A program made the translations under genes and the position numbers. From Eubacteriales bacterium (GTDB taxonomy: Bacteria; Bacillota; Clostridia; Christensenellales; Aristaeellaceae): a stretch of 64,000 nt of DNA. The stretch lies in assembly GCA_031551775.1 (NCBI GenBank), contig JAVBND010000006.1, positions 3,748 through 67,747 of the forward strand. The letters are read 5' to 3'. Shown piece by piece: positions 9,548 through 18,008 of this stretch. Positions within the stretch are counted from its first letter, which is position 1, and each line of letters opens with the position of its first letter. The notes beneath the pieces are model-generated. The model saw only the letters and a program-made list of their open reading frames with translations, was not told where the DNA came from and ran no database searches.

Positions 9548-10954
9548 ATGGTATTTTCAGAATCGATTTTCCTGTTCTTTTTTTTGCCCGTTGTGTTGCT
9601 GGTGTATTTTTTGCTGCTAAAAAAAAGGACGCCGCGAAACCTGTTCCTGATGGTCATGAGCCTGTTGTTTTACGCGTGGGGCGAGCCGGTATTTGTGCTG
9701 GTCATGCTGTTTTCCATCTTTGTAAACTGGCTGGCGGGCCTTGCCGTCGGGCGCGAGGGCATTGATCCAAGGAAGAAAAAGCGCTTCCTGATCCTCGCGA
9801 TCGTGTTCGACCTGGGGATGCTGGGCGTGTACAAATACCTTGTGTTTATCATGACAAACCTCAACTGGGCATTCTCTCTGGGCTTGCCTGTGCCTGAAAT
9901 ATTGCTGCCCATCGGCATATCGTTCTTCACGTTCCAGGCCATGAGCTATGTGATTGACGTATATCGCGGCGATGGCAAAATGCAAAAGAGCTTTTTCAAC
10001 GTGTGCCTGTACATTGCGTTTTTTCCGCAGCTCATCGCGGGTCCCATCGTCCGATATCAGACGATTGCGGACGAGATTGAACAGCGGCATGAAAACCTGG
10101 ACGAATTTACCGCCGGATGCCGAAGGTTCCTCGTGGGTCTTTGTAAGAAGGTGCTCCTGGCCAATACCCTGGCGCTCTTGGCTGACGACGCGTTTGCGTT
10201 GCCGGTTGGCGAACTGAGCGTGGCCGCCTCGTGGATGGGTGCGATTGCCTACCTTTGGCAGGTTTACTTCGATTTTTCCGGCTATTCCGATATGGCAATC
10301 GGCATGGGGCAAATGTTCGGCTTCCACTTCCTTGAAAACTTTACCTTCCCCATGATCGCAAAATCGGTCACCGAGTTCTGGAAGCGCTGGCATATATCGC
10401 TGGGATCATGGTTCCGCGACTACCTGTTTATCCCGCTCGGCGGCAGTCGGGTCAAGATTGGCCGTGCGGTGTTCAATATGTTTGTGGTATGGGCGCTGAC
10501 CGGCCTGTGGCACGGCGCGGCGTGGACGTACCTTTTGTGGGGCGTTGGCTTCTTTGTGCTGCTGGCGCTTGAGAAGTTTACGGGTTACGGCAAGTGGATG
10601 GAAAAACACTGGATTGGGCATCTCTACGCCATGGTCATGCTGACGACGGTCACGGTGCTCATCCGATCGGTGGATATCGCGCAAGCCAGCCGGTTTATCG
10701 CCACCATGTACGGTGCCGCGGGCGGCGGGTTCTGGGACGCTACGGCGACGCTTTACGCGCGCGAATACGGGTGGTTCCTCATCGCGGGACTCGTGGTGTC
10801 GCTGCCGGTGGGTCCGTTCATTCAAAGGACGCTGCGCGTTCCTGAAAACGCCATGCAGGTGCTTCGCGGCGCGGGGCTGCTCGCTGCGTTTGGGCTGTCG
10901 CTGACCTTCATCATCATGGGCGGCTACAACCCCTTCATCTACTTTAACTTCTAA
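9548..10954 (+). CDS. MBOAT family O-acyltransferase (AlgI/PatA-like)
   Basis: LPIGISFFTFQ, FFPQLIAGPIVRY, YFDFSGYSDMAIG, FWKRWHISL, LTGLWHGA, NPFIYFNF. Confidence 0.95.
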   Translation: MVFSESIFLFFFLPVVLLVYFLLLKKRTPRNLFLMVMSLLFYAWGEPVFVLVMLFSIFVNWLAGLAVGREGIDPRKKKRFLILAIVFDLGMLGVYKYLVFIMTNLNWAFSLGLPVPEILLPIGISFFTFQAMSYVIDVYRGDGKMQKSFFNVCLYIAFFPQLIAGPIVRYQTIADEIEQRHENLDEFTAGCRRFLVGLCKKVLLANTLALLADDAFALPVGELSVAASWMGAIAYLWQVYFDFSGYSDMAIGMGQMFGFHFLENFTFPMIAKSVTEFWKRWHISLGSWFRDYLFIPLGGSRVKIGRAVFNMFVVWALTGLWHGAAWTYLLWGVGFFVLLALEKFTGYGKWMEKHWIGHLYAMVMLTTVTVLIRSVDIAQASRFIATMYGAAGGGFWDATATLYAREYGWFLIAGLVVSLPVGPFIQRTLRVPENAMQVLRGAGLLAAFGLSLTFIIMGGYNPFIYFNF

Positions 10955-10968
10955 ATCAGAGGTGCACT

Positions 10969-12177
10969 ATGACCAAGATCATCAACCGGGTATTGGCGGT
11001 AGCCCTGATCGCCGCGATATTCATCATTGGCGGCGTGACGCTTGCCACAAATTTCAAGAGCTTTGCCTATGCGTTTTTGGTCAATTATACACAGTATGCG
11101 GACAAGGGCGCGAAGGGGCTGGACACGCTCAAGCCCAGGATTACGGCGCTCAATACGGTCGTCAACGCAAAGCTCGTGGGCAAGGCGGATTTTGAGAAGC
11201 TCAACGCGCGGTTTCAGCTCGCGCTCGGCAAGCAAATGCTATCCTTTGGCGGCACCACCATGGTGCGTCTCAAGGGCGGACAGCTCTATGATGTTGAGGC
11301 CGACGTTGACCATGAGGCGTTTGCGAAAGAGATCGACAAGATGGTTGCGCTAAACGGCGTGCTCACAAAAAAGGGCGTGCCGCTGGTGTTCACCTATGCG
11401 CACAGCGAGCTGTACGAGGACGGCCTGCTGCCGACCGGAGTCAGGGATTTCAACAACAAAGTGGCCGACGAGATCATCGAAAGGCTTCGCGCGGGTGGGG
11501 TCACGACCATCGACAGCCGCGAACTGTACAATGAAAAAGGCTTTACAATGGCGGATGCCGCCATGAATACCGACCAGCATTGGGCGATTCCGATGGCGTT
11601 TGCGGCATACAAGGCCTCGCTTGACGCCCTGAACGCGACCGGCAAGATTGCGCTGGACGACCGCGCGGCCGACCTGAACAATTTCGACACCGTGGTATAC
11701 GAGAAGGCGCACATGGGCGACGTAGGCGCGCGCGTGGGCGCGTCTTCCGTCGTGCCGGACGATTTTCCGGTCATCACGCCCAAGTTTGAAACGGCCATTT
11801 CATCGCGCGTCAAGCAGGCAAACAACAAATGGCAGGAACGCAGCGGCAGTTTCCAAGAGGCGGTACTCAACATGGACGTGCTTGAAAAAGGCGAGCTCCC
11901 GCATAGCGTTTACGACACGTACGGCTATCACACGGATCTGGCGTACTATACCAACGAAAACGCGCCCGAGGGGCGGCTTTTGATCGTCAAAGATTCATTC
12001 GGCACGCCGGTTGCCTCATTCATGTCGCTGGCGGTAAGCGAAGTGTGCACGATGGACCTTCGCAGGACGCGCAAGACGGTCGAACAGATGGTGGAGGAGT
12101 TCAAGCCTGACGCGGTCTTGGTGGTGCACTGTCAGGAAATGATGCGCGGCGAGAAGAATTACGCGTTTGTTGACTGA
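10969..12177 (+). CDS. AlgJ/DHHW-family extracytoplasmic O-acetylation partner protein
   Basis: N-terminal TM anchor, TDQHW (DHHW-like) motif, LLIVKDSFG; directly follows the MBOAT gene. Confidence 0.8.
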   Translation: MTKIINRVLAVALIAAIFIIGGVTLATNFKSFAYAFLVNYTQYADKGAKGLDTLKPRITALNTVVNAKLVGKADFEKLNARFQLALGKQMLSFGGTTMVRLKGGQLYDVEADVDHEAFAKEIDKMVALNGVLTKKGVPLVFTYAHSELYEDGLLPTGVRDFNNKVADEIIERLRAGGVTTIDSRELYNEKGFTMADAAMNTDQHWAIPMAFAAYKASLDALNATGKIALDDRAADLNNFDTVVYEKAHMGDVGARVGASSVVPDDFPVITPKFETAISSRVKQANNKWQERSGSFQEAVLNMDVLEKGELPHSVYDTYGYHTDLAYYTNENAPEGRLLIVKDSFGTPVASFMSLAVSEVCTMDLRRTRKTVEQMVEEFKPDAVLVVHCQEMMRGEKNYAFVD

Positions 12178-12222
12178 CATACTGTTTAAGGGATTGGATT
12201 GGCATCACTCGTTGGAGGCGCG

Positions 12223-13131
12223 ATGAAAGAGTTGATGAAGCGTTTGGCGGCGGCGGGTTTCGTCGAGGGTCAAATGCGCGAAAATGAAAAGATGGCACGG
12301 CATACGACCATGCGCGTCGGCGGTCCGGCGGACTTGTTGGTCGAGCCTGACGGCGAGGCGCAGTTGGCGTCGGCGTTTCAAATCGCGCGGGCGTTGGGCG
12401 TGCCGTACATGGTCCTCGGCGGCGGCTCCAACCTGATCGTGCGGGACAGGGGCGTGCGGGGGATGGTCGTCAAGCTTTCCGATCGCATGGGCGGCATGTC
12501 AATCGAGGGAAACCGCGTCACAGCGCAAGCGGGCGCGCGGCTTTCCGGCGTGGCTGGGGCGGCGCAAAAAGCGGGCCTTGGCGGATTCGAGTTCGCGGCG
12601 GGCATTCCCGGGACTGTCGGCGGCGCCGTACTGATGAACGCGGGCGCTTACGGCGGGGAGATCAAGGACGTGCTGGTCTCTGCCAAGGTGCTTGAGGACG
12701 GCGCGGTGCGCGTGTACGATAACACGGAGCTTGAGTTCGGGTATCGCGCGAGCCGCGTGATGAAAAGCGGCGGCGTGATCGTGGAGGCGGTATTTGAACT
12801 TATTCCTGACGCCCCGGAGGAGATTGCCCGGCGCATGGCGGATTTGGCGGCGCGCAGGCGCGACAAGCAACCGCTCAATTTTCCCTCATCCGGATCGACA
12901 TTCAAGCGCCCCGAAGGCCATTTTGCGGGCGCGCTGATTGAGAACGCGGGATTCAAGGGCTTTGCACTCGGCGGAGCGAAGGTATCCGAGAAGCATGCGG
13001 GATTTGTCGTCAACCATCAGGACGCGACAGCGGCCGATGTGACGGCGCTGATCGAGCAGGTGCGCGCGGCGGTTTACGCGCATTCGGGTGTCACGCTTGA
13101 ACTAGAAGTGCGCATCGTGGGGGAGGAATAG
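12223..13131 (+). CDS. murB: UDP-N-acetylenolpyruvoylglucosamine reductase
   Basis: HTTMRVGGPAD, GGGSNL, GIPGTVGGA..MNAGAYG, QPLNFPSSGSTFKRP, SEKHAGF, LELEV. Confidence 0.97.
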   Translation: MKELMKRLAAAGFVEGQMRENEKMARHTTMRVGGPADLLVEPDGEAQLASAFQIARALGVPYMVLGGGSNLIVRDRGVRGMVVKLSDRMGGMSIEGNRVTAQAGARLSGVAGAAQKAGLGGFEFAAGIPGTVGGAVLMNAGAYGGEIKDVLVSAKVLEDGAVRVYDNTELEFGYRASRVMKSGGVIVEAVFELIPDAPEEIARRMADLAARRRDKQPLNFPSSGSTFKRPEGHFAGALIENAGFKGFALGGAKVSEKHAGFVVNHQDATAADVTALIEQVRAAVYAHSGVTLELEVRIVGEE

Positions 13132-13132
13132 C

Positions 13133-14074
13133 ATGTCCTTTTCCGCGGATATCCGGCAGGAACTTTCACGCGTATCGGCAGATAAAAAGTGCTGCGCGAT
13201 TGCGGAAATAAACGGGGCCGTGTTGGGCTCGGGCGGGCTGACCTTTAAAGGGTTCGGGCGTTACGCGCTGACGGTGGGCGTGGGCGGCAGCGATGCGGCG
13301 CAGCGCTATCTTAAGCTGTTCAAGCGCTTTTTGCACGCGGATTGCCAGATGGCGGCGCTCAAGAGCGCGCGGTTGGGCGGGCAGACGCGCTATGCGGTCA
13401 GTCCGCCTGCTGCCGAGCTTCCCCGCGTGCTGAATGAACTCAGGCTCCTTGATGAGGGCCAGCCTTTTGGCATGCGCAGTGTGCCCGCAAGCGAGGTTGT
13501 TTTGAGGGACTGCTGCAAGCGTTCTTTTTTGAGGGGGCTGTTTCTTGCGGGCGGATCGACCGGAGACCCCCAAAAGGCCTATCATTTTGAGATTGCCGTG
13601 GGCGACGAGGCGCTTTGCGCGTTTGCCGAGGAAATGCTGGGCGCATTGGACCTTCCCGCGCGGCGCGTTCAGCGCAAGACACAATACGTGGTTTACATGA
13701 AGGACGGCGGCCATATGGCTGAGGCGCTGACGTTGATTGGCGCGCACAAGGCGCTGCTCGCGCTTGAAAACGTGCGCATCGTAAAAGAAATCCGAAACGA
13801 AGCCAACCGCCAGGCCAACTGCGATACCGCCAACGTCGATAAGGCGCTGGCGGCGGCCGAACAGCAGATCAGCGTCATTGAGGTGATTGAGAAGAAGATG
13901 AGCGTGGAAGCGCTTCCGGGGCCGCTGCGCGAGGTGGCCGAGATGCGCCTTAAGTACCCCGACGCGTCGCTTGCGGAGATCGGCGGCATGCTGACGCCCG
14001 CGATTGGGAAGTCCGGCGTCAAGGCGCGGATGCGAAAACTGGAAGCGCTGGCGGAAGAGTTGGTCAACGGGTGA
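13133..14074 (+). CDS. whiA: DNA-binding protein WhiA
   Basis: MSFS..IRQEL, FLRGLFLAGGS..DP..YHFEI, NEANRQANCDTAN, C-terminal HTH KSGVKARMRKL. Confidence 0.93.
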   Translation: MSFSADIRQELSRVSADKKCCAIAEINGAVLGSGGLTFKGFGRYALTVGVGGSDAAQRYLKLFKRFLHADCQMAALKSARLGGQTRYAVSPPAAELPRVLNELRLLDEGQPFGMRSVPASEVVLRDCCKRSFLRGLFLAGGSTGDPQKAYHFEIAVGDEALCAFAEEMLGALDLPARRVQRKTQYVVYMKDGGHMAEALTLIGAHKALLALENVRIVKEIRNEANRQANCDTANVDKALAAAEQQISVIEVIEKKMSVEALPGPLREVAEMRLKYPDASLAEIGGMLTPAIGKSGVKARMRKLEALAEELVNG

Positions 14075-14078
14075 TAAG

Positions 14079-14128
14079 ACAGGCGGATGGCTGCGCGACG
14101 TACAGCGCACCATCCGCCTGTATTTATT
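14079..14128. terminator. Hairpin between the convergent whiA and DUF1846 genes (probable terminator)
   Basis: ACAGGCGGATGG / CCATCCGCCTGT inverted repeat followed by an AT-rich tract. Confidence 0.65.
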
Positions 14129-15615
14129 TATTTGTGATACAGTTTCTGCGTCTGATACTTGGGCTCACAGGTCAGGTTGACGCCGAGGTTCCTGAGCACG
14201 CGCTCATCGACCGATGACAAGATGACCGAAGCATGCGCCTCGCAGCCTTTGAGGCCGTCCATCGCGCGCATCGCGCGTTCAGCGGTCTCAGAGTTTACCG
14301 CGCAAATCGAAAGCGCGATCAGGATTTCATCGGTGTGAAGGCGGGGATTGTGATTGCCCAAGTGGTTGACCTTCAGATCCTGGATGGGTTCTATGACTGC
14401 GGGGGAAATCAAGTGCAGTCCGTCTTCTATGCCGGAGAGATATTTGAGGGCATCCAGCAGCGCCGCGGAGGTGGAACCCATGAGAAGCGAGGTCTTGCCG
14501 GTTAAGATGGTACCGTCCGGCAGTTCGATGGCGGTCGCGGGCTGGCCGCCTGTCGCTTTTTCCTTTTCAAGCGCCGCGCCCACAACCGGGCGGTTGTTTT
14601 CACCGAGGCCGGCTTGATGCATGATGAGCTTTAGCTTATCGACCACTTCATCCGAGCCTGTGCCCTGGCGGCGTGCGCACAGCGCCGCGTAGTAGCGGCG
14701 AATGATCTCCTGATTGGCGGCCATTGACACCGCTTCGTCGTCAAAGATGCAATACCCCGCCATGTTGACGCCCATGTCGGTGGGCGATTTGTAGGGGGAT
14801 TCGCCCCAGATGCGCTCGAACATCGCGTTGACCACCGGGAAAATTTCAACGTCGCGGTTGTAATTGACGGTCTTGACGCCATAGGCCTCAAGGTGAAACG
14901 GATCGAGCATGTTCACGTCGCTTAGGTCGGCGGTCGCGGCCTCATAGGCGATGTTGACCGGGTGCTTGAGCGGCAGGTTCCAGATGGGGAAGGTTTCAAA
15001 CTTGGCGTAACCCGCCTTGACGCCCCGCTGGTGCTCGTGGTAGAGCTGGCTCAGGCAGGTGGCCATCTTGCCGCTGCCGGGACCCGGCGCGGTCACCACG
15101 ACGAGCGAGCGTTCGGTTTCGATGTAGTCGTTCTTGCCGTAGCCCTCCTCTGACACAATGCGCTCGATGTCGGAAGGGTACCCCACGATGGTGTAATGCC
15201 GGTATACTTTGACGCCAAGCGTCTCAAGGCGGCTCTTGAACTGGTCCGCCGATGGCTGGCCCGCGTAGCGCGTCATGACCACGCTGCCCACGTACAGCCC
15301 GTCGTCGCGGAAGGCGTCGATCAGGCGCAGGACGTCGAGGTCATAGGTGATGCCGAGGTCCCCGCGCACCTTGTTTTTTTCGATGTCGGCGGCGTTGATG
15401 ACAATCACGATCTCGGCCTGATCGGTAAGTTGCTTGAGCATGTTGACCTTGCTGTCGGGCTCAAAGCCGGGGAGCACGCGCGAGGCGTGATAGTCGTCAA
15501 AGAGTTTTCCGCCAAATTCCAGATAGAGCTTGCCGCCAAACTGACCGATGCGTTCGCGGATGTGCGCGGATTGCATTTCGATGTACTTTTGATTGTCAAA
15601 TCCGATTTTATTCAT
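14128..15615 (-). CDS. DUF1846 (UPF0371) family P-loop protein
   Basis: KIGFDN.KY, LYLEFGGKLFDDYHASRVLPGF, APGPGSGKMATCLSQLYH, NPRLH. RBS AAGGAG. Confidence 0.9.
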   Translation of the reverse strand: MNKIGFDNQKYIEMQSAHIRERIGQFGGKLYLEFGGKLFDDYHASRVLPGFEPDSKVNMLKQLTDQAEIVIVINAADIEKNKVRGDLGITYDLDVLRLIDAFRDDGLYVGSVVMTRYAGQPSADQFKSRLETLGVKVYRHYTIVGYPSDIERIVSEEGYGKNDYIETERSLVVVTAPGPGSGKMATCLSQLYHEHQRGVKAGYAKFETFPIWNLPLKHPVNIAYEAATADLSDVNMLDPFHLEAYGVKTVNYNRDVEIFPVVNAMFERIWGESPYKSPTDMGVNMAGYCIFDDEAVSMAANQEIIRRYYAALCARRQGTGSDEVVDKLKLIMHQAGLGENNRPVVGAALEKEKATGGQPATAIELPDGTILTGKTSLLMGSTSAALLDALKYLSGIEDGLHLISPAVIEPIQDLKVNHLGNHNPRLHTDEILIALSICAVNSETAERAMRAMDGLKGCEAHASVILSSVDERVLRNLGVNLTCEPKYQTQKLYHK

Positions 15616-16744
15616 GGTTCGCTCCTTGGTTGCCTTCGTCCGTAAGCGCGTCCAGTTGTTTTTTGAGTTCTGAAAAATCAGGTTCTTCCGACGGATCAGG
15701 CGCGCCCGCACCGTTGCGGTCCATCTCTTTTGCGGCCTCCACATCATCGGCGGTAATTTCCATCAGTTGTTCGCGGTCAACCGATTCCATGGCGGCTAAG
15801 CGGTTGGCCTGATTGATGAGCACCTTTTCAAACAGGTTGCGCACACCGCGCGCGTTGCCAAAGGAAACAGAGGACGTGTTGGCTGATTCAATGTAGGCGC
15901 GAACGGCTGTCTTGGCGTCATCGGATAGCGAATAAAAACCTTTCTTGCACTGAAGTTCAAAAATGCCCATCATCTCATCGACCGTGTAATCGTCAAAATG
16001 GATGAAGCGGTTAAAGCGCGATTCCAGGCCGGGATTTGAATGAATGAACCCTTCCATGAGGTCGTCGTAGCCGGCCACGATCACCACCAGTTCGTCGCGG
16101 TGGTCTTCCATGGCCTTGAGCAGGGTATCGACCGCTTCCTGGCCGAAGTCATTTTCCCCGCGGCGCTGCGTGAGCGCGTAGGCTTCGTCGATGAACAGCA
16201 CGCCACAGATGGCCTTGTCGATCACTTCGCCGGTCTTGATCGCGGTTTGGCCCACGTAGCCCGCCACCAGCCCCGAACGGTCCACCTCAACCAGCTGCCC
16301 TTTTTTCAGGAAGCCCAGGCTCAGGTAGATGCGCGCCATCAACCGCGCGATCATGGTCTTGCCGGTACCGGGATTGCCGGAGAACACCATGTGCAGGGAC
16401 ATGTCAACCGTCGGCAGGTCATGGCTTTTTCGCATTTTGTACACGGTCATCAAATTGATGAGGTCGCTGACTTCCCTCTTGACGCGGCCCAGGCCGATGT
16501 AGCTGTCAAGCTCTTTCTTTAGGTCCTCGATCTTTTCCGGCGCTTCGGGCTTATCCTCGACCGCGTTGTCAGCGGCCTTGGCGGTTTGCGGCGCGGCGGC
16601 GCCCGCGTCCACATCGCCTGCTTGGGTCGGTGGCGGCGCGGACGGCGCGCCCCAGAAATCGTCGCCGACCCGCTTCAGGTTGTGCTCGGTCATCTGGCGA
16701 ATCACGTCGAGCTGTTGAAAGATGATGGCATCCTTTGCGTCCAA
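15608..16744 (-). CDS. AAA+ ATPase, CbxX/CfxQ/SpoVK family
   Basis: SLHMVFSGNPGTGKT, LVAGYVGQTA, VLFIDEAY, NPGLESRF, FGNARGVRN. TTG start with GGAGG RBS. Confidence 0.9.
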   Translation of the reverse strand: MDAKDAIIFQQLDVIRQMTEHNLKRVGDDFWGAPSAPPPTQAGDVDAGAAAPQTAKAADNAVEDKPEAPEKIEDLKKELDSYIGLGRVKREVSDLINLMTVYKMRKSHDLPTVDMSLHMVFSGNPGTGKTMIARLMARIYLSLGFLKKGQLVEVDRSGLVAGYVGQTAIKTGEVIDKAICGVLFIDEAYALTQRRGENDFGQEAVDTLLKAMEDHRDELVVIVAGYDDLMEGFIHSNPGLESRFNRFIHFDDYTVDEMMGIFELQCKKGFYSLSDDAKTAVRAYIESANTSSVSFGNARGVRNLFEKVLINQANRLAAMESVDREQLMEITADDVEAAKEMDRNGAGAPDPSEEPDFSELKKQLDALTDEGNQGANHE

Positions 16745-16768
16745 AACAATCCCTCCCCACAATAATCC

Positions 16769-16813
16769 ATTATCCCATTCATGGGCGGCACTGTCAAGCA
16801 AAAAGCTGTCGAA
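16769..16813 (-). promoter_or_regulatory. sigmaA promoter of the AAA ATPase-DUF1846 operon with an adjacent perfect Spo0A-box heptamer
   Basis: TTGACA-17-(TGG)GATAAT on the minus strand (16797-16769); TGTCGAA on the plus strand at 16807-16813. Confidence 0.6.
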
Positions 16814-16876
16814 CAAACAAAGAAAAGCCCCGGCATGCGCAATCACGCGCGCGGCCGGGGCCTATGGTACGATACC

Positions 16877-17854
16877 CTAAATATGATAGTAGGAGCGGTA
16901 CCAATCGGTAAAGCGTTTAAGGCCTTCCTCAATTGAGGTGGAGGGGGTGAAACCAAAGTCGCGCCTGAGCGGTTCGATGTCGGCCGATGTCTCGTACACA
17001 TCGCCTGATTGCATGGGAAAGAGCTCTACTTGGGCCTTGACGCCCAGGCAGTCTTCCAGCACTTCAATGAAACGCGTGAGCTTTTCCGGGCGGTTGTTGC
17101 CAATGTTGTACAGCTTGTAGCGCGCGCCCGTTTCGTCGGGAACCGGCGCTCGGCCGACCATACGGGACAGGGCTTCCACGATGTCGTCTACGTAGGTAAA
17201 ATCGCGGTAGAGGTCGCCGCCGTTGAACACGGGAATGGGTTGGCCCGCGAGAATTTTGCGCGTAAAGCTGAAGTACGCCATGTCGGGACGCCCAAAGGGA
17301 CCGTAGACCGTGAAGAAGCGAAGGCCCGTCATGGGGATATTGAACAGGTGGGCGTATGTATACCCCATCATCTCGTCCATGCGCTTGGTCGCGGCATAGA
17401 GGCTGACGGGCTTGTCACAGCGCTCCTCAACTGAGAAAGGGGCGTGGGCGCTGTTGCCGTAAACCGATGAGCTTGACGCAAAGAGAAGGTGCGAAACCGC
17501 ATGGCGGCGGCAGGCTTCAAGGACGCTCAGGAAGCCGGAAACATTTGAATCGATATAAGCGGCGGGGTTTTCGAGAGAATAGCGCACGCCTGCCTGCGCG
17601 GCCAGATGGACGACGATGTCCGGTTCGTGCTCGCAAAACAGGCGCGCGAGTTTGTTCTCCTCGGTCAGTTTCGCACGCACAAAGGCAAATTTCTCCCGAA
17701 CGCACAGTTGCGCCAAGCGGTCAACCTTGAGCGGCACTTCATAATAATCGTTCAAATCATCAAAGCCGATCACCTTGTGTCCCATGTCCAGCAGCTTTTG
17801 TGAGAGGTGATAGCCGATAAAACCGGCCGCTCCGGTTACCAATATGTTGCTCAT
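16877..17854 (-). CDS. NAD-dependent epimerase (UDP-glucuronate 4-epimerase type)
   Basis: TGAAGFIG, HLAAQAGVRYS.ENP, ASSSSVYG, YAATK, RFFTVYGP.GRPDMA. Confidence 0.92.
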   Translation of the reverse strand: MSNILVTGAAGFIGYHLSQKLLDMGHKVIGFDDLNDYYEVPLKVDRLAQLCVREKFAFVRAKLTEENKLARLFCEHEPDIVVHLAAQAGVRYSLENPAAYIDSNVSGFLSVLEACRRHAVSHLLFASSSSVYGNSAHAPFSVEERCDKPVSLYAATKRMDEMMGYTYAHLFNIPMTGLRFFTVYGPFGRPDMAYFSFTRKILAGQPIPVFNGGDLYRDFTYVDDIVEALSRMVGRAPVPDETGARYKLYNIGNNRPEKLTRFIEVLEDCLGVKAQVELFPMQSGDVYETSADIEPLRRDFGFTPSTSIEEGLKRFTDWYRSYYHI

Positions 17855-17945
17855 GAATATTTCCCCTTTGAAACGCGCCATATATGATGATATTTTAACA
17901 TGGTTCAGTTAAAATGTCCATACCGGGCGCGCGGAAGAAAATGAA

Positions 17946-17974
17946 TTGCCAAAAACACAATTATAACTTATAAT
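17946..17974 (+). promoter_or_regulatory. sigmaA promoter of glgB
   Basis: TTGCCA-17-TATAAT. Confidence 0.75.
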
Positions 17975-18008
17975 ATTGATATTCATTGGCGGGAGGTATG
18001 GCGCTACT

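Noticed and set aside
9578-9626. T8 and A8 homopolymers near the start of the MBOAT gene as a possible phase-variation site
   Set aside because: The runs encode Phe and Lys stretches normal for this N-terminus, the frame is intact, and similar runs occur in other membrane-protein genes here
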